Below are positions 43,431 to 56,055 of a stretch of 64,000 nt of DNA, piece after piece (the first letter of the stretch is position 1; each line of letters opens with the position of its first letter). This stretch comes from Octopus vulgaris. Its lineage: Eukaryota. The stretch covers positions 142,910,001 to 142,974,000 of the forward strand of contig OX597817.1 of the NCBI GenBank assembly GCA_951406725.2. The letters are read 5' to 3'. The notes under the pieces are model-generated. The model saw nothing but the letters and a program-made list of their open reading frames with translations, was not told the DNA's origin and searched no databases. Position numbers and translations under genes: made by a program.

Positions 43431-43568
43431 AACGTCTTAGTGAGATGTCTTAATGCCAAGGCCAACCACCCTTTAACCGCTGTGTGTACAATGTGTTGTA
43501 ATAGAGAAAGTGTCGAGTGTATGCAGACATATGAGTGAGTGAGTGAATGAGTGAGTGAGTGAGTGTGA

Positions 43569-43634
<66 letters not shown>

Positions 43635-44259
43635 TGCAAGTCGGAGTATTCAAACAGGATGTTCGGTTGGGTTTTGTTGTAACTGAACTGTGTATCGTGG
43701 AAGACGCAATAAGGACCATGGCTTATCTGCGTGCTGTGTTTGGTCATTTTCCTTCAGAAGTTGCTGTTAACTTCGTCCTGAAAAGTTCAAAAAATATTCT
43801 TTCATCAAGGACAAAGACACCCAACTTCTAACTGATTCATTTGAGAAAAATTGCTTATTATACGTAGCACACGATATTCGTCCCTTGCTGATTGCCATGT
43901 TGTTATCCTGACAATTATGAGCAAAACACCCCCTCCGAAATTCAAAATGGAGATGACCAGCTCCATACGGCATAGCATCATTACAGTTGCACAATTTTAC
44001 ATGTAGATTATTCTTAGGATTTTGGGAATTGTGGATTTTGCTTGTGTGGGAAATCAGAATGGAATAATAATTCAGGAGTTTTGGGTTCGTGTCTATCATG
44101 GCTTTTTCCCTATTCTAGTGAGATACACATTTTCTATCCACAATTTTTCCGTTAGCACCAAACAGAGAACCACATTTAGACATTAGCCTCACAACTGCAA
44201 TGTAATAAAGTTACACTAGCAACGCTTGTGAAAATTTCCCGGTTATTTTAAAAATTGTA

Positions 44260-44464
44260 TTGGGTTGGTGCATAATTATTGCGGCTTTTTTTTTTTCAAC
44301 AAAATTTATTCTACAAAAATGATAACAACATTTAACAAAAACATCTTCAAATGATTATTCCAGAGCATATTTACCATCTACTTCAATTTCTTTTTGGCGT
44401 TTTGTTTAAATTCTGTTTATAAAATTTATTGAAAAAAAGCCGCAATAATTATGCACCAACGTAA
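44260..44464 (-). mobile_element. mariner MITE with Hsmar1-like TIR
   Basis: TA + TTGGGTTGGTGCATAATTATTGCGGC ... GCCGCAATAATTATGCACCAACGTAA + TA; internal EIEVDGKYALE* resembles a mariner transposase C-terminus. Confidence 0.8.
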
Positions 44465-44540
44465 TATATTTTTTTCTGATTTTTGAGATGTGTATATAAC
44501 TTGGCAATACAGATAGGCATTTGGATGCAAAATAAACTGG

Positions 44541-44909
44541 ACAAAGGCACTGAGAGAGCGCAAATCTCCGCCAAGGCAACACCAACATCCTCTCAACAAT
44601 TAACAGGAGAGGATTTTTAAAATGAGAATATCTGAAATAAACTCGTCCGCTCTCACAAACGAAAATACTAAAAACGAACCTGACCGCTCTCAAAAATTAA
44701 GTAAAAAAAAAAAAAGAAAAAATAATCCAGAATCCTTGTCTGGTACCGGTTGGATCCCAAAATCTAATCTGTTCGTGTCAGTCACGAAGCTAAATATCCC
44801 TTAAAGTTTCATTCGAATCCATCCAGCGGTTCTTGAGATATCTTGTCCACGGACAAACAAACAAACACGACTGAAAACAATACATCCACATTTGAAAAGG
44901 CGGTGGTAA
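44541..44909. mobile_element. HINE/DINE-1-like non-autonomous Helentron derivative
   Basis: GGCACTGAGAGAGCGCAAATCTCCGCCAAGG at one end, AAGGCGGTGGTAAT at the other, AAGTTTCAT..AATCCATCCAGCGGTTCTTGAGATATC block and (CAAA)n. Assignment is by recalled similarity. Confidence 0.6.
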
Positions 44910-45245
44910 TAATGACGGTACCCCAATATAGCTGCAATCTTTGGGGATAGAGCCAGTAAATGAGTAAATACCGAGTGGGGTTCACAATTATTTGCTTACC
45001 AAAGTTATATCACTTTAATATAACTCGTATCTATCAAAATATCAAACAATCCGCCTTTCTGTCTTCTGCCTGACATTTCAACATTAAAACCTATAACAAC
45101 TAAATTTTATTTTTATTGTCAGTCACAATATTGCATTATATGATGTTTAAAACCATGTATCTGTTTTCCACTCTGGCATTCTTCTTAATAAACCTACACT
45201 AAGCCTCTCTCTCTCCCTTCCTCTATTTCTCTCTTTCACACTCAG

Positions 45246-45300
<55 letters not shown>

Positions 45301-46348
45301 CTCTATTTCTCTCTTACTCAATCACACTTTTCCCCCCTCTCGCTCTCTCTCTTTCACGCCACCACTTCCTTTAACTTGCTAGTTAACCATATAACATATT
45401 GGCCAGCCTTCTCTCCTATCTCTCACACCTAACACCATTTTCTCTCTTTTCGCCTCTCCCTTCAACTAACCACTTGACAGCGTAACACATCTGGCCGTCG
45501 GGCATTAACATACACACTTTCTTTGGATGCGTATATTAATACGCTATGGCTCTGTCTGTTTTCTTCTATAGGAACAAGTGCATATTTCCCGTTTCGTCAA
45601 CCAACTCGGCGTCCCACCTGATTATTATTCCAGTAAGCTGCTAAATACTTTTAAAGTGGACTTGTGATTTCCAGCTAAATATCTTACATAAAAGATTTAT
45701 CGAGATAACTTCAGGGTATTTTCACACACACACGTGTTTCTTTTCTCTTTGTTTTTTTTTCCTTTTTCTCAATCGAGTAACTGTGGTTTCTAACTTTAGC
45801 TTATCTTCATTTTTTTAATGTTTTGTTATTCTTTTTAGCTATTTATTTATTGTCTCCCTTTTCCTTATTCATCTGTTTTGTTGCAGCTTTTATTTCTATT
45901 TATTTATTTTTTACTTTATGCATCTTCACATTAATATATTTATATTCTTGTTATTTTCTCTTCCGAGGCGGTTTCTATTTTATTACACTTCTATGAATTT
46001 TTTCATGATTTTTTTTTCTTTTAGTCTCAAATGATGACTATACACACATATTTATTTGTTCTTATTATTGTCTTTAACTGATTTTCGGTTCTATAATTTT
46101 TGCCTAAAAGTATTACATATTTAATTATGGCTTTCCGTTTTCAATTTCAGAATAGTTCATATTCACCCAATGGTGTTATATAAACACCTCTATTTCTATT
46201 TTCTTACTCAAATCTTCCAATTTTTTCCACTTTTTTTCATTTATCAGCAACAGGTCCTCATTCCCCTGACACACACACCACGCGCATAAACATACACACA
46301 CCACGAGTATAAACACACACAAACTACGCGTATAAACACACACACACG

Positions 46349-46428
<80 letters not shown>

Positions 46429-46429
<1 letters not shown>

Positions 46430-46740
46430 TAGCCAACGTACCCGTCCTCTGGACGGTTTAAGTTGCTTTCGTGGTATTTTTTCACCAAATAACTGAACTA
46501 CCGAGAAGGTTTATGTGTAGCATGGCAATCTGTTTCCGATTAACGTAGGAACGGACAATCAAATTGAAGGCTGGTTATTGTGGAGGTCGTTGCACTTTGA
46601 TTATCATAGAACATATAAATTTGCAAGCGATGTAAAGTAGAGCTACTGAAGTGTTTTGGGAGAAGGTTACGGATAATGACTACAAAATATAGTTGTTTTA
46701 CATGAAAGCGAAATTTCTTGTCAGAAACAGCCACATATAT
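46429..46740 (-). mobile_element. Helitron-like element, 3' end
   Basis: Reverse complement ends CCGTC-cagag-GACGG hairpin, a short spacer, then CTAG|T. The 5' boundary is uncertain. Confidence 0.55.
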
Positions 46741-46974
46741 ATATGTTCGATTGCTTTCTTCCCAAGAATCTAGTGCTCTTAGGTTAGATTTTGTTAGGGC
46801 CGTCTTTTGTGGGACCAGCCTCGAGAGTAACCAGCCGAAACTGCAATGACGATCTGAATCTCGACTGAAGACAGAAAGCTACGAATGACCTGTCTTTTTT
46901 ACTGTCCTTTTTTGTATCGTCTAACTGCCTGGATGTTTTGTTGTCGCTTGTTACTCTCTTGTTCTATTTAGCTT

Positions 46975-47117
46975 CTGGCAACCAAATCCACTCACAAGGC
47001 TTTGGTCACCCCGAGGTTATAGTAGAAAACACTTGCCCAAGTTGTCACGCAGTGGGACTGAACCCGGAACCATGTTGTTGGTAAGCCAGCTACTTACCAC
47101 ACAGCCATTCCTGCGCC
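46975..47117 (-). mobile_element. SINE family B, 5' half
   Basis: CCAAATCCACTCACAAGGCTTTGG..GGGACTGAACCCGGAACC..CACAGCCATTCCTGCGCC. Confidence 0.75.
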
Positions 47118-47387
47118 AATTTTTTTAAAAATGGCTTTCTCTTCCTGGAATACTTATCCGTATATAGTTTTATTTTCTCATTTGTATCCTACCATATTCT
47201 TATCTATATATCAACTATTTTCGCTTCCAGTAAACTAATCGTTACTTATTCATTGCTACACTTAATATTTTCCTAACAACTCAATTCTGACATTTACTCA
47301 CGTAGTATAAACTAATAGGTATATCCCTTACATTTTGTCATTTACAGGACTTGTTAAAGCTTGACACAGATGACGTCTAGCTTAAAC

Positions 47388-47505
47388 ATAAGAGCGTAGG
47401 CTCGAAACGTGAAAGACCTTCTCACTTTCTTGAGCGTCAAACTAATTCACCTGCTCGTTGTTCATACACCTGTCTTCGTCTTTTGCTTTTCTATAAATTT
47501 CAATT
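47388..47505 (+). mobile_element. family D repeat, truncated inside the hammerhead motif
   Basis: AAGAGCGTAGGCTCGAAACG..GAGCGTCAAACTAAT..CACCTGTCTTCGTCTTTTG. Confidence 0.6.
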
Positions 47506-47857
47506 AAACATATATAGATCGATCTTTGTAGAGAAAGAGTGAGTAGGAAAGGGTTTTCAAAAGGAATATAAGTATGAGGAGAAAGGAAGAAGTCTTAAAG
47601 TACGTTGTGAATGACGAACGAAGGAAAGTTACAGTATGAGGGACAGGAGGAGGGACCCGCGGTGAACTAGGTTCATATAAAGACGGTGCGTAGTATCTAG
47701 TTTAGAAGAGCAGAGACTATTATAGTTGCGGGAGAAGAAACAAAGAAAACTTGGATCTGTGAGTTGGTGATTATAGTGTGTTGGCCAACCAGTGCTTTGG
47801 CGCTTCTTTTGTCTAGAATATATGGGTATGTAGCAGTGGCACAGTCCTATGTGGTTA

Positions 47858-48072
47858 ATATTGGTTTCAAATTTTGGTACAAGGCCTGAAATTTGGGGGA
47901 AGAGGTTTAGTCGATTACACCGAAGCCAGCGCTCCACTGGTACTTCTCTTATCGACCCCGAAAGAATCAAAGGCAATGTCTGCCTCGGCGGAATTTGAAC
48001 TCCGAACGTGAAGAAGGGTGAAATACTGCAAAGCATTTTGCCTGGCGTGCTAACGATTCTACCAGCTCACCG
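47858..48072 (-). mobile_element. SINE family A copy
   Basis: ATCGACCCCGAAAG..CCTCGGCGGAATTTGAACTC..GGCGTGCTAACGATTCT. Confidence 0.75.
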
Positions 48073-48409
48073 TCCTTCTACATGACATATATCCCAATGG
48101 GGATCTTCAATGAGCGTTGTAGAGAAACACAAGTACAGCTGACCGATTAAAAAGATCGGTTTTTAATCCTGACGTCGCACGTTCGATGTTGCTCCATGTC
48201 TTTTTCCACAACTCCGAGTCAACCCAAGCTGTGTGTATGAAATATGAAGAAGCTTTTGCGGGATGGACTGTATCTATCTACATTTAAAATACGGCAATCG
48301 GTACCGGTGAAACGTAACGTGTAGTACAAGCAGTTACCCATTAATTCAATCATAAAATAACTATGTATGTATGTATGTATGTATGTATGTATGTATGTAT
48401 GTATGTATG

Positions 48410-48437
<28 letters not shown>

Positions 48438-48441
<4 letters not shown>

Positions 48442-48642
48442 GTTAATCCAAACATGAAAACACAAAGAGAAAACAACGCGGGTACATGGAACAAGTATAG
48501 TGTTATTGGACGCTCAGGAAAGGAAAGAAAGAAAAAGGATTTAACGTTTCAAGCACAGCTCTTCGTCCGAAACATAGGAAAAGGAAAGATCCAAGGAAGG
48601 GAAGACGGAGGGGAAAAATCGCCCACGATACAAATGCGGTCA
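48438..48642 (-). mobile_element. family D-like pLTR repeat with degenerate hammerhead, in (TACA)n
   Basis: Reverse complement: TTT-CGGACGA-A-GAGC-tgt-GCTT-GAAA-CG-TT-AAA, followed by TTCCTGAGCGT as in family D. Confidence 0.55.
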
Positions 48643-48693
48643 CGTATGCATGCATGCATGCATGTATGTATGCATATATGTATGTATGTATGC

Positions 48694-48726
<33 letters not shown>

Positions 48727-48741
48727 TATATGTATGTATGT

Positions 48742-49063
48742 ATGAGTCATCTTCGTAGTCATAAAACGAGACATATGAGTGACAACCTGGCCACTGGTGG
48801 TAGTGTAACAGACCATACTAATCATATCTGTCGGGCATGTGGAAGAGAGTGTAATTCGGCAGGAGGACTTAAACGACATGCAAAGGTACATGAAGCCCAG
48901 TTACAAATATAGCCGGCTATTACCGGTAAAGGTTTTAGTTGCCAATTTTGTACAAGGTATTGTAGATCTTTAGCTGGGCTAAAAAGTCACATTCGATCAC
49001 AGCACCAGTAACAGTTAAGCTTCGTGCAATGGCCATACTCGATAACGAGGGGGCAGCCATAAA
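48742..49063 (+). pseudogene. RTE-like LINE 3' end with C2H2 zinc fingers and (TGTA)n tail
   Basis: HICRACGRECNSAGGLKRHAKVH, an in-frame stop, then FSCQFCTRYCRSLAGLKSHIRSQH; short 3' UTR with a CTCG-ataa-CGAG stem-loop. Confidence 0.65.
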
Positions 49064-49512
49064 ATGTATGTATGTATGTATGTATGTATGTATGCGTGTA
49101 TGTATGTGTGTATGTATGCACGCGTACATTTCTCTCCCAATCTTTCTTTCTAAATCTTTGGATGCTTCTACGCAATAGATCGAACCAACCTGCTGAACGT
49201 AGTAACCAAATTTTCCTCATATCACCCTCTTTCGGCTTGTATAGTGTTGTATGGGTTACTCTTAAGTCTGATAACAGACAGGTTAGTCATGGGTGGCATG
49301 CAGTTGAACACAGATTTTTTTACATCACACCAAACAGTGAAATGTATATAAAGTAACCAGTGAATGATGTCATGCAGTTAATTACTTCTCCATATTTAAT
49401 CTGATTCAGCCAACGTGTTCTTCCACATGTTGGATAACTTCCAAAAGATTATCTCCACCAGCCATTGAATAGAGTCTTCAATTATTCACTGTCAAACACT
49501 AACTCCCCGCCC

Positions 49513-49568
<56 letters not shown>

Positions 49569-49824
49569 CATGCATTGTGCTTATTCGACATCCGCTGATA
49601 AAGTTCAGGGGCGAAAGGCGTCCATATCCGGAAGGGAGGAACTTAGCCGTAATCATCTGAATACTCCAAACTCAGATATCGAACCTGCATCCTCCACTCC
49701 AACTATTATGTACTCATTTTACCATTTGGCCTTACTGACGAGAAGCTTTCACGAAGTCTCTCAAACAGCTACAAACAGCAGCAAAATCGTTCTCAAACCA
49801 CAGTTTTCTGTCATCATTTATCTT

Positions 49825-50070
49825 TGCCTTGTTACAGTCTGTAGACTGCAGCCATGTTGGGGCACCGCCTCGAAGAATTTATAGTTTAACGAATCGAACC
49901 AAGTATTTCTTTCAATGCCTTTTTACTCATTTGATCGGTACTTTTGGCGAACCCTTAGAATACGGGAACGGAAACAACCCAACAGACCAACAGTGGTTGA
50001 GGTGGACAAATACAGAAACAAAGACACACATGGTTATGTATATAATACACACACACACACACACACATAC

Positions 50071-50126
<56 letters not shown>

Positions 50127-50500
50127 TGTTCCTTCTCGAACCATGCCTGGCTCATAAGGGACGGTTTCTCAGTTTCCTTGGCGTATAGGTTCCCCACCTG
50201 GACGGGACGCTAGTCCGTCGCAGGTGAGCTGCAAGATGCAGGAGGAAGGAGTGAGAGAAAGTTGTGGCGAAAGAGTCAGCAGAAGTTCGCCATTACCTTC
50301 TGCCGGAGCAGTGTGGAGCTTAGGTGTTTCGCTCATAAACACACCCATCGCCCGGTCTGAGATTCGAACCCGCTTCCGTCTACCAAATCCACTCACAAGG
50401 CTAAGGTTATAACAGAAAACAATTCTCCAAGGTGCCGCGCAGTGGAACTGAACTCATGAGGTTATGAAGTAAACTTCTAATCACACAGACATGCCTGCCT
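49825..50500 (-). mobile_element. SINE family B copy with a family C copy (about 50120-50372) inserted in it
   Basis: B tail at 49825-50030 and B head at 50373-50500 flank a microsatellite plus a C-type segment (CCTGGACGGGACGCTAGTCCGTCGCAGG..GGAGCTTAGGTGTTTCGCTCATAAAC). Confidence 0.65.
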
Positions 50501-50917
50501 ACTTAAAAATAAACAACACATATAAAATATAGTCTTCGATCTGAGCCGCAGCAAATTAAAGTCGAGGTGGTCAACACTAGAATGCATTTGGTCGTAGACC
50601 TGCTCATTCAAAGCTAACGGGTTAAACACCAACAACAATAGCAATCACAAACTGCTTCATGGTGAAGAATCTATTCTAAAATTTCTTCCCGCTTCTTTCG
50701 TTTGTAAAACAATATTCCCTTCGAGATTTCTTCAACGTATTGATTTATGTGTTTCTTTCGAAGAACTTAAACTTGGAGACAGTTTCAGCTTCTATATCAA
50801 ATTCCTTGCCAACGTTCATTTGGTTAAGTCAGTTCCCAAGTTTATGAAATGCTAACGGCTAATATTCGCTAGAATTTAGCAGTAAGCCAGCAATGAAATA
50901 ATGCAATGTATATTTAA

Positions 50918-51023
<106 letters not shown>

Positions 51024-51119
51024 GGATGGATAGATGGATGGGTAGATGGATGGATGGGTAAACCAGCAAGGAAACAATGCAATGTATATTTAAATAAGTA
51101 GATAGATAAATATAGATAG

Positions 51120-51213
<94 letters not shown>

Positions 51214-51223
51214 GTAGACAGAC

Positions 51224-51258
<35 letters not shown>

Positions 51259-51275
51259 TAGATAGATAGATAGAT

Positions 51276-51324
<49 letters not shown>

Positions 51325-51325
<1 letters not shown>

Positions 51326-52342
51326 TGTTTCTTTATTAGCCACACAGGGCTGCACACAGATAGAACAAATTACAAGGTAGAGCTTTTCTTTTGAAGGTTT
51401 AAAAAAAAAAAAAAAAAAAAAGGAAGGGGAGTTTCGATCAAAAGGGATCGTAAAAGGAGAGAAAGAGGACAAAAAAAAGGGGGTTAAAAAAAGAGGGGAG
51501 AGGAAAAAAAAAATTGATCAATAGGGATCGTTATCACAGAAATGTCAATATGAAGTGTAAAGGGGAGGACAGGTGAGGTTTACCCGTGGAAAGAAAAGCC
51601 TACGGAAAAGACCACGGTAACCTCAGTCAATGAAGTCACATTTTATATTTCTTTTTTTTTGGGGGGGGGGTTCATAGGACTATGCTCAAGGTGGCTTCGT
51701 CATTCATACGTGCCATTCTTGCTACATTCACCCATCTTTTTTTAAAACATTCGCTAGACAAAACTTGCCTCTCTACTCTCACTTTCCTTTTCAAGTGGTA
51801 CTTGAAGAAGTTGATGAGAGATTGACCAGAGAGGAAAGTGTTTGTCTCCAATCCTTTCAGACGCGTCCACCAGATACATTCTTTCGCCATAGCCACAAGG
51901 ATGATGAAAATAGCTCTTCCTTCCCGTTTGAAGGAAGGAGGCGTGACAATATTGACGATAGACTCAGCTGATAAACCGACTCGTCCCACACGTGACAGCA
52001 GTTGTTCGACATAAGCCCACAGGTCGGAAATTGTTGGACACTGCACGAGTGCGTGCAGAACGGTTTCGTCGCTCTGCCCGCATCTCGGGCAGGTCGGCCC
52101 CGTGTTTCTCGAGCCGTGTCTGCAGAGCTTATCCCGAACGGGTAGCGCTTCTCGGTAGCACTGCCAGGCCAGGGATCTCTGGAAGTTGTCCATGGGCCCT
52201 GGCCCGGCAGTGCTACCGAGAAGCGCTACCCGTTCGGGATAAGCTCTACAGACACGGCTCGAGAAACACGGGGCCGACCTGCCCGAGATGCGGTCAGAGC
52301 GACGAAACCGTTCTGCACGCACTCGTTCAGTGTCCAACAATT

Positions 52343-52343
<1 letters not shown>
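51325..52343 (-). mobile_element. 5'-truncated L1/Tx1-like LINE (zf-RVT region plus 3' UTR) with fold-back 5' end, inserted in (TAGA)n
   Basis: WQCYREALPVRDKL..CPRCGQSDETVLHALVQCP..LWAYVEQLL..AKECIWWTR; stop at 51672; T-rich UTR ending AATAAAGAAA; (TAGA)n on both sides. Confidence 0.85.
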
Positions 52344-52414
<71 letters not shown>

Positions 52415-52492
52415 AATGGCTTTATGTTTTAAAGCCAAAACAATGCGGGTTATAAGAAATAATACAAGTCGATGGTTTGTACTTTATCTTGC

Positions 52493-52532
52493 ATTTCAAT
52501 ATTTCGGGGTTACGACCTCTTCTTCAGGAAAT
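52493..52532 (-). ncRNA. minimal type I hammerhead ribozyme (PLE type)
   Basis: Reverse complement: ATTTC-CTGAAGA-A-GAGG-tcgtaa-CCCC-GAAA-TA-TT-GAAAT. Stem I is perfect; stem II has one mismatch. Confidence 0.7.
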
Positions 52533-52655
52533 CTTCGGAGATTTGGATTTGTGAGCTGACTTCTCTGCTCTGTAATCAAAGTATATAAATGCTACTGTAA
52601 TATATGGGTACGTGTGCTTGCCTCTGTGTTTGTGTGTGCGTCTCTGTCTGTCTGA

Positions 52656-52802
<147 letters not shown>

Positions 52803-52825
52803 CAATATGGAGCAAATAATTCAGA

Positions 52826-53043
52826 AGGCGGCGAGCTGGCAGAAACGTTAACACACCAGGCGAAATGCTTAGCGGTATTTCGCCTGCCGTTACATTCTGA
52901 GTTCAAATCCTGCCTAGGTCGACTTTACTTTTCATCCTTTCGGGGTCGATAAATTAAGTAGCAGTTACACACTAGGGACGATGTAGTCGACTTAATCCCT
53001 TTGTCCTTTCTGTGTTTAACCCCTTGTGGGCAATAAAGAAATA
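52826..53043 (+). mobile_element. SINE family A monomer (tail 1)
   Basis: Full head to CCCTTGTGGGCAATAAAGAAATA|AGAAA. Confidence 0.85.
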
Positions 53044-53264
53044 AGAAATAATTGACGCAAACATGACTTGCGATGCATTCTCTCATCGTGAACGACAAGT
53101 GAGAATTCTTTAAAATTAAGCGGTAATCATGTTTTATGGACACACATGTCTCTTGACGTCTTGCAAGCCTTTTCGTAAATGGAACAATATTCGAGTAATG
53201 AGAATGACTGCTGTCTAATGAGTGAAACATGTGAAAATTAGATAGACAGATAGATAGATAGATT

Positions 53265-53300
<36 letters not shown>

Positions 53301-53617
53301 TGTAAAGGATCAAGGTGTAGGAAGTTAGTAAGCTTCAAACAATTCATAGAAGATATAAAAAAAGCAATTTTCAGAAACAACAGATGTTTATTGACGCAGA
53401 AGGTTGTCAATTTTTCCCATATCGAAGTACAATATGCTGAAAAAGGCTAATTTTAAAGTTCACGTTTAGAAACAGTGGTTGTTGTATATGCGAATATACA
53501 TTCATAACCCTCGTTTTGCATAGTTTGCAACTTCCGAGGTTCCGCTAATAACGAAACATATGTAGGGTGAGTTTTATTTACTCCATTCCCTAATAATTGA
53601 ACATATATATATGTATC

Positions 53618-53728
<111 letters not shown>

Positions 53729-53748
53729 GTATATATATATATATATAT

Positions 53749-53822
<74 letters not shown>

Positions 53823-54104
53823 CAAGCAGAAAGATATATCTTTTCAACACATAAATAGAGAACAGCTGAACCATATATAAAAAGGATAAAATCATTTTTA
53901 AGAGCAGAAAATTTGCCCTGGTTGCTGGCGAATTTTTATGCTCTTAAGAAGGATTTTATCCTTTAAATATACTGTTCAGTATTTACGCGACGAAAAAATA
54001 TATATGTCTTTCTACTTGTTCTTCATTACATTTCAATGCTTCAAAAATACCCTTATGCTTGCTTACATATGATGTAATATATATATATATATATTTATAC
54101 AATT

Positions 54105-54291
54105 AAAAATGATTCGCCATGATAGATCGCTAGCCACTACACAATCTTCATTTCCTCCCCTTCTTTCTTTCTGTGTTCCTTTCTGTGGAAGAGCGTAGGC
54201 TCGAAACGTTAAAGACTTCTTCACTTCCCGAGTGTTAAACTAACACATCTGTTTGTTGTCTACACCACCTGTTTCGTCTTTTGTTCATTTG

Positions 54292-54297
<6 letters not shown>
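54105..54297 (+). mobile_element. family D repeat with hammerhead-like motif, in (TA)n
   Basis: CTTT-CTGTGGA-A-GAGC-gtag-GCTC-GAAA-CG-TT-AAAG at 54179-54214. Confidence 0.65.
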
Positions 54298-54349
<52 letters not shown>

Positions 54350-54520
54350 CATATATGTATGTATGCTGGAGATAGGTCGTTTTCGCCCCTGCTCCCTTAA
54401 TATAATTATATTATTATTAATTTAATGTATAAATTGCCTATAACTTTTTATACCATGCTAACTACTTGATAAAAAACATTAACGTGATTTTTATCCTCAT
54501 ATTCTCTGAGTGTGTGTGTG

Positions 54521-54587
<67 letters not shown>

Positions 54588-55185
54588 AGATAGATATAAA
54601 TATTGATATATACACAAATATATATATACATATATATACACAAACACAAGTATACACAAACTGATGTATTCATAATAAAGGTTTATAATTAGGAAGGAAA
54701 CAAGGCCAGAAATATAAAACGTTTAGTACAAGTCGACACCATCAACCCCAGGACATGGCTGGTACATTAAGCTTTTTGAATCCTGAAAGATGCAATTAGA
54801 GTTGTTCACAACTGACATGCGTGGCGACTGAGCTCAGACGAGAAAGAACTGGAAGAAACGCTGCAGAGCATCTCTTCGATGCTCTATCGATTCTGCCAAT
54901 CCACCGCCATTGACATATAAATAATAATGAAGTTCATTCTTATTAAATCTCTTTGTTGTGTTGTTGTTGTTGTTGGTGGTGGTGTTGCTCTTGTTGTTGA
55001 TGTCTGTGTTGTTATGTAGCTAGGATGTTTTCTCTTACGTACATCCTGGCCGCAGACGTAAACCAAGTCATGTGAGGCAGCCGACATACTCAGACAGGCT
55101 ATAAAATCTCCACAAAATGTTCTACCAAATTTACTTTCCTCTCGCTGGCTTCCTCTTTTTACTATTCCAATAGTTCTTCAACTTT

Positions 55186-55229
<44 letters not shown>

Positions 55230-55339
55230 TCTATCTTACTCTTTCTTCCTTTCTCTCTCTCTCCTTCTCTCTCTCTTTTGGTGTATTTATCTATTTTCTC
55301 CTTTGTTATTTTTCTCTTTTTCTGTATACCTCTCTTTTT

Positions 55340-55342
55340 ATA

Positions 55343-55414
<72 letters not shown>

Positions 55415-56055
55415 TATATACATGTATATATACATATGAATATGTAAATATGTATTGATATATATATATATACATATATATATGTAAGTATATATGTGTA
55501 CATGTGTGTGTGTATGTTTGAATGTATAGCTACCTACTTATCTACCTACATTCAACTATATATATATAACACCATACATATGCACATATACACATATACT
55601 TGTATTTATATGTATGCATATCTACCTACCTACCAACATACATACACACATACATACATACACAAATACATATATATACACCAACATACATACACACACA
55701 CATACCTATGTACACACATACATACATACATACACACACTCATACATACATACATACATACATACACACACATACATACATACATGCATACATACACACA
55801 TATACACATACACTCATACATACATACACACATACACACACACATGCATACATACACACATATACACACATACACACTTGCATACATACACACACACACA
55901 TATACACACACATACACACATATATACACACACATACACACATATATACGTACACACACACGCACATACACACACATACATCCATACACACATACATACA
56001 TACATACATACATACACACATATATATATACATACACAGACACATACACACACAA
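55340..56055. repeat. (TA)n and degenerate (CA/TACA)n microsatellite block
   Basis: Directly visible; the HT/YI ORFs are artefacts. Confidence 0.9.

Noticed and set aside
46855-46900. Hammerhead-like CTGAAGA..GAAT motif
   Set aside because: Stem II does not pair well and GAAA is missing.
51992-52345. Plus-strand 117 aa ORF ending in a zf-RVT motif
   Set aside because: Produced by the fold-back duplication of the minus-strand LINE; not a separate gene.
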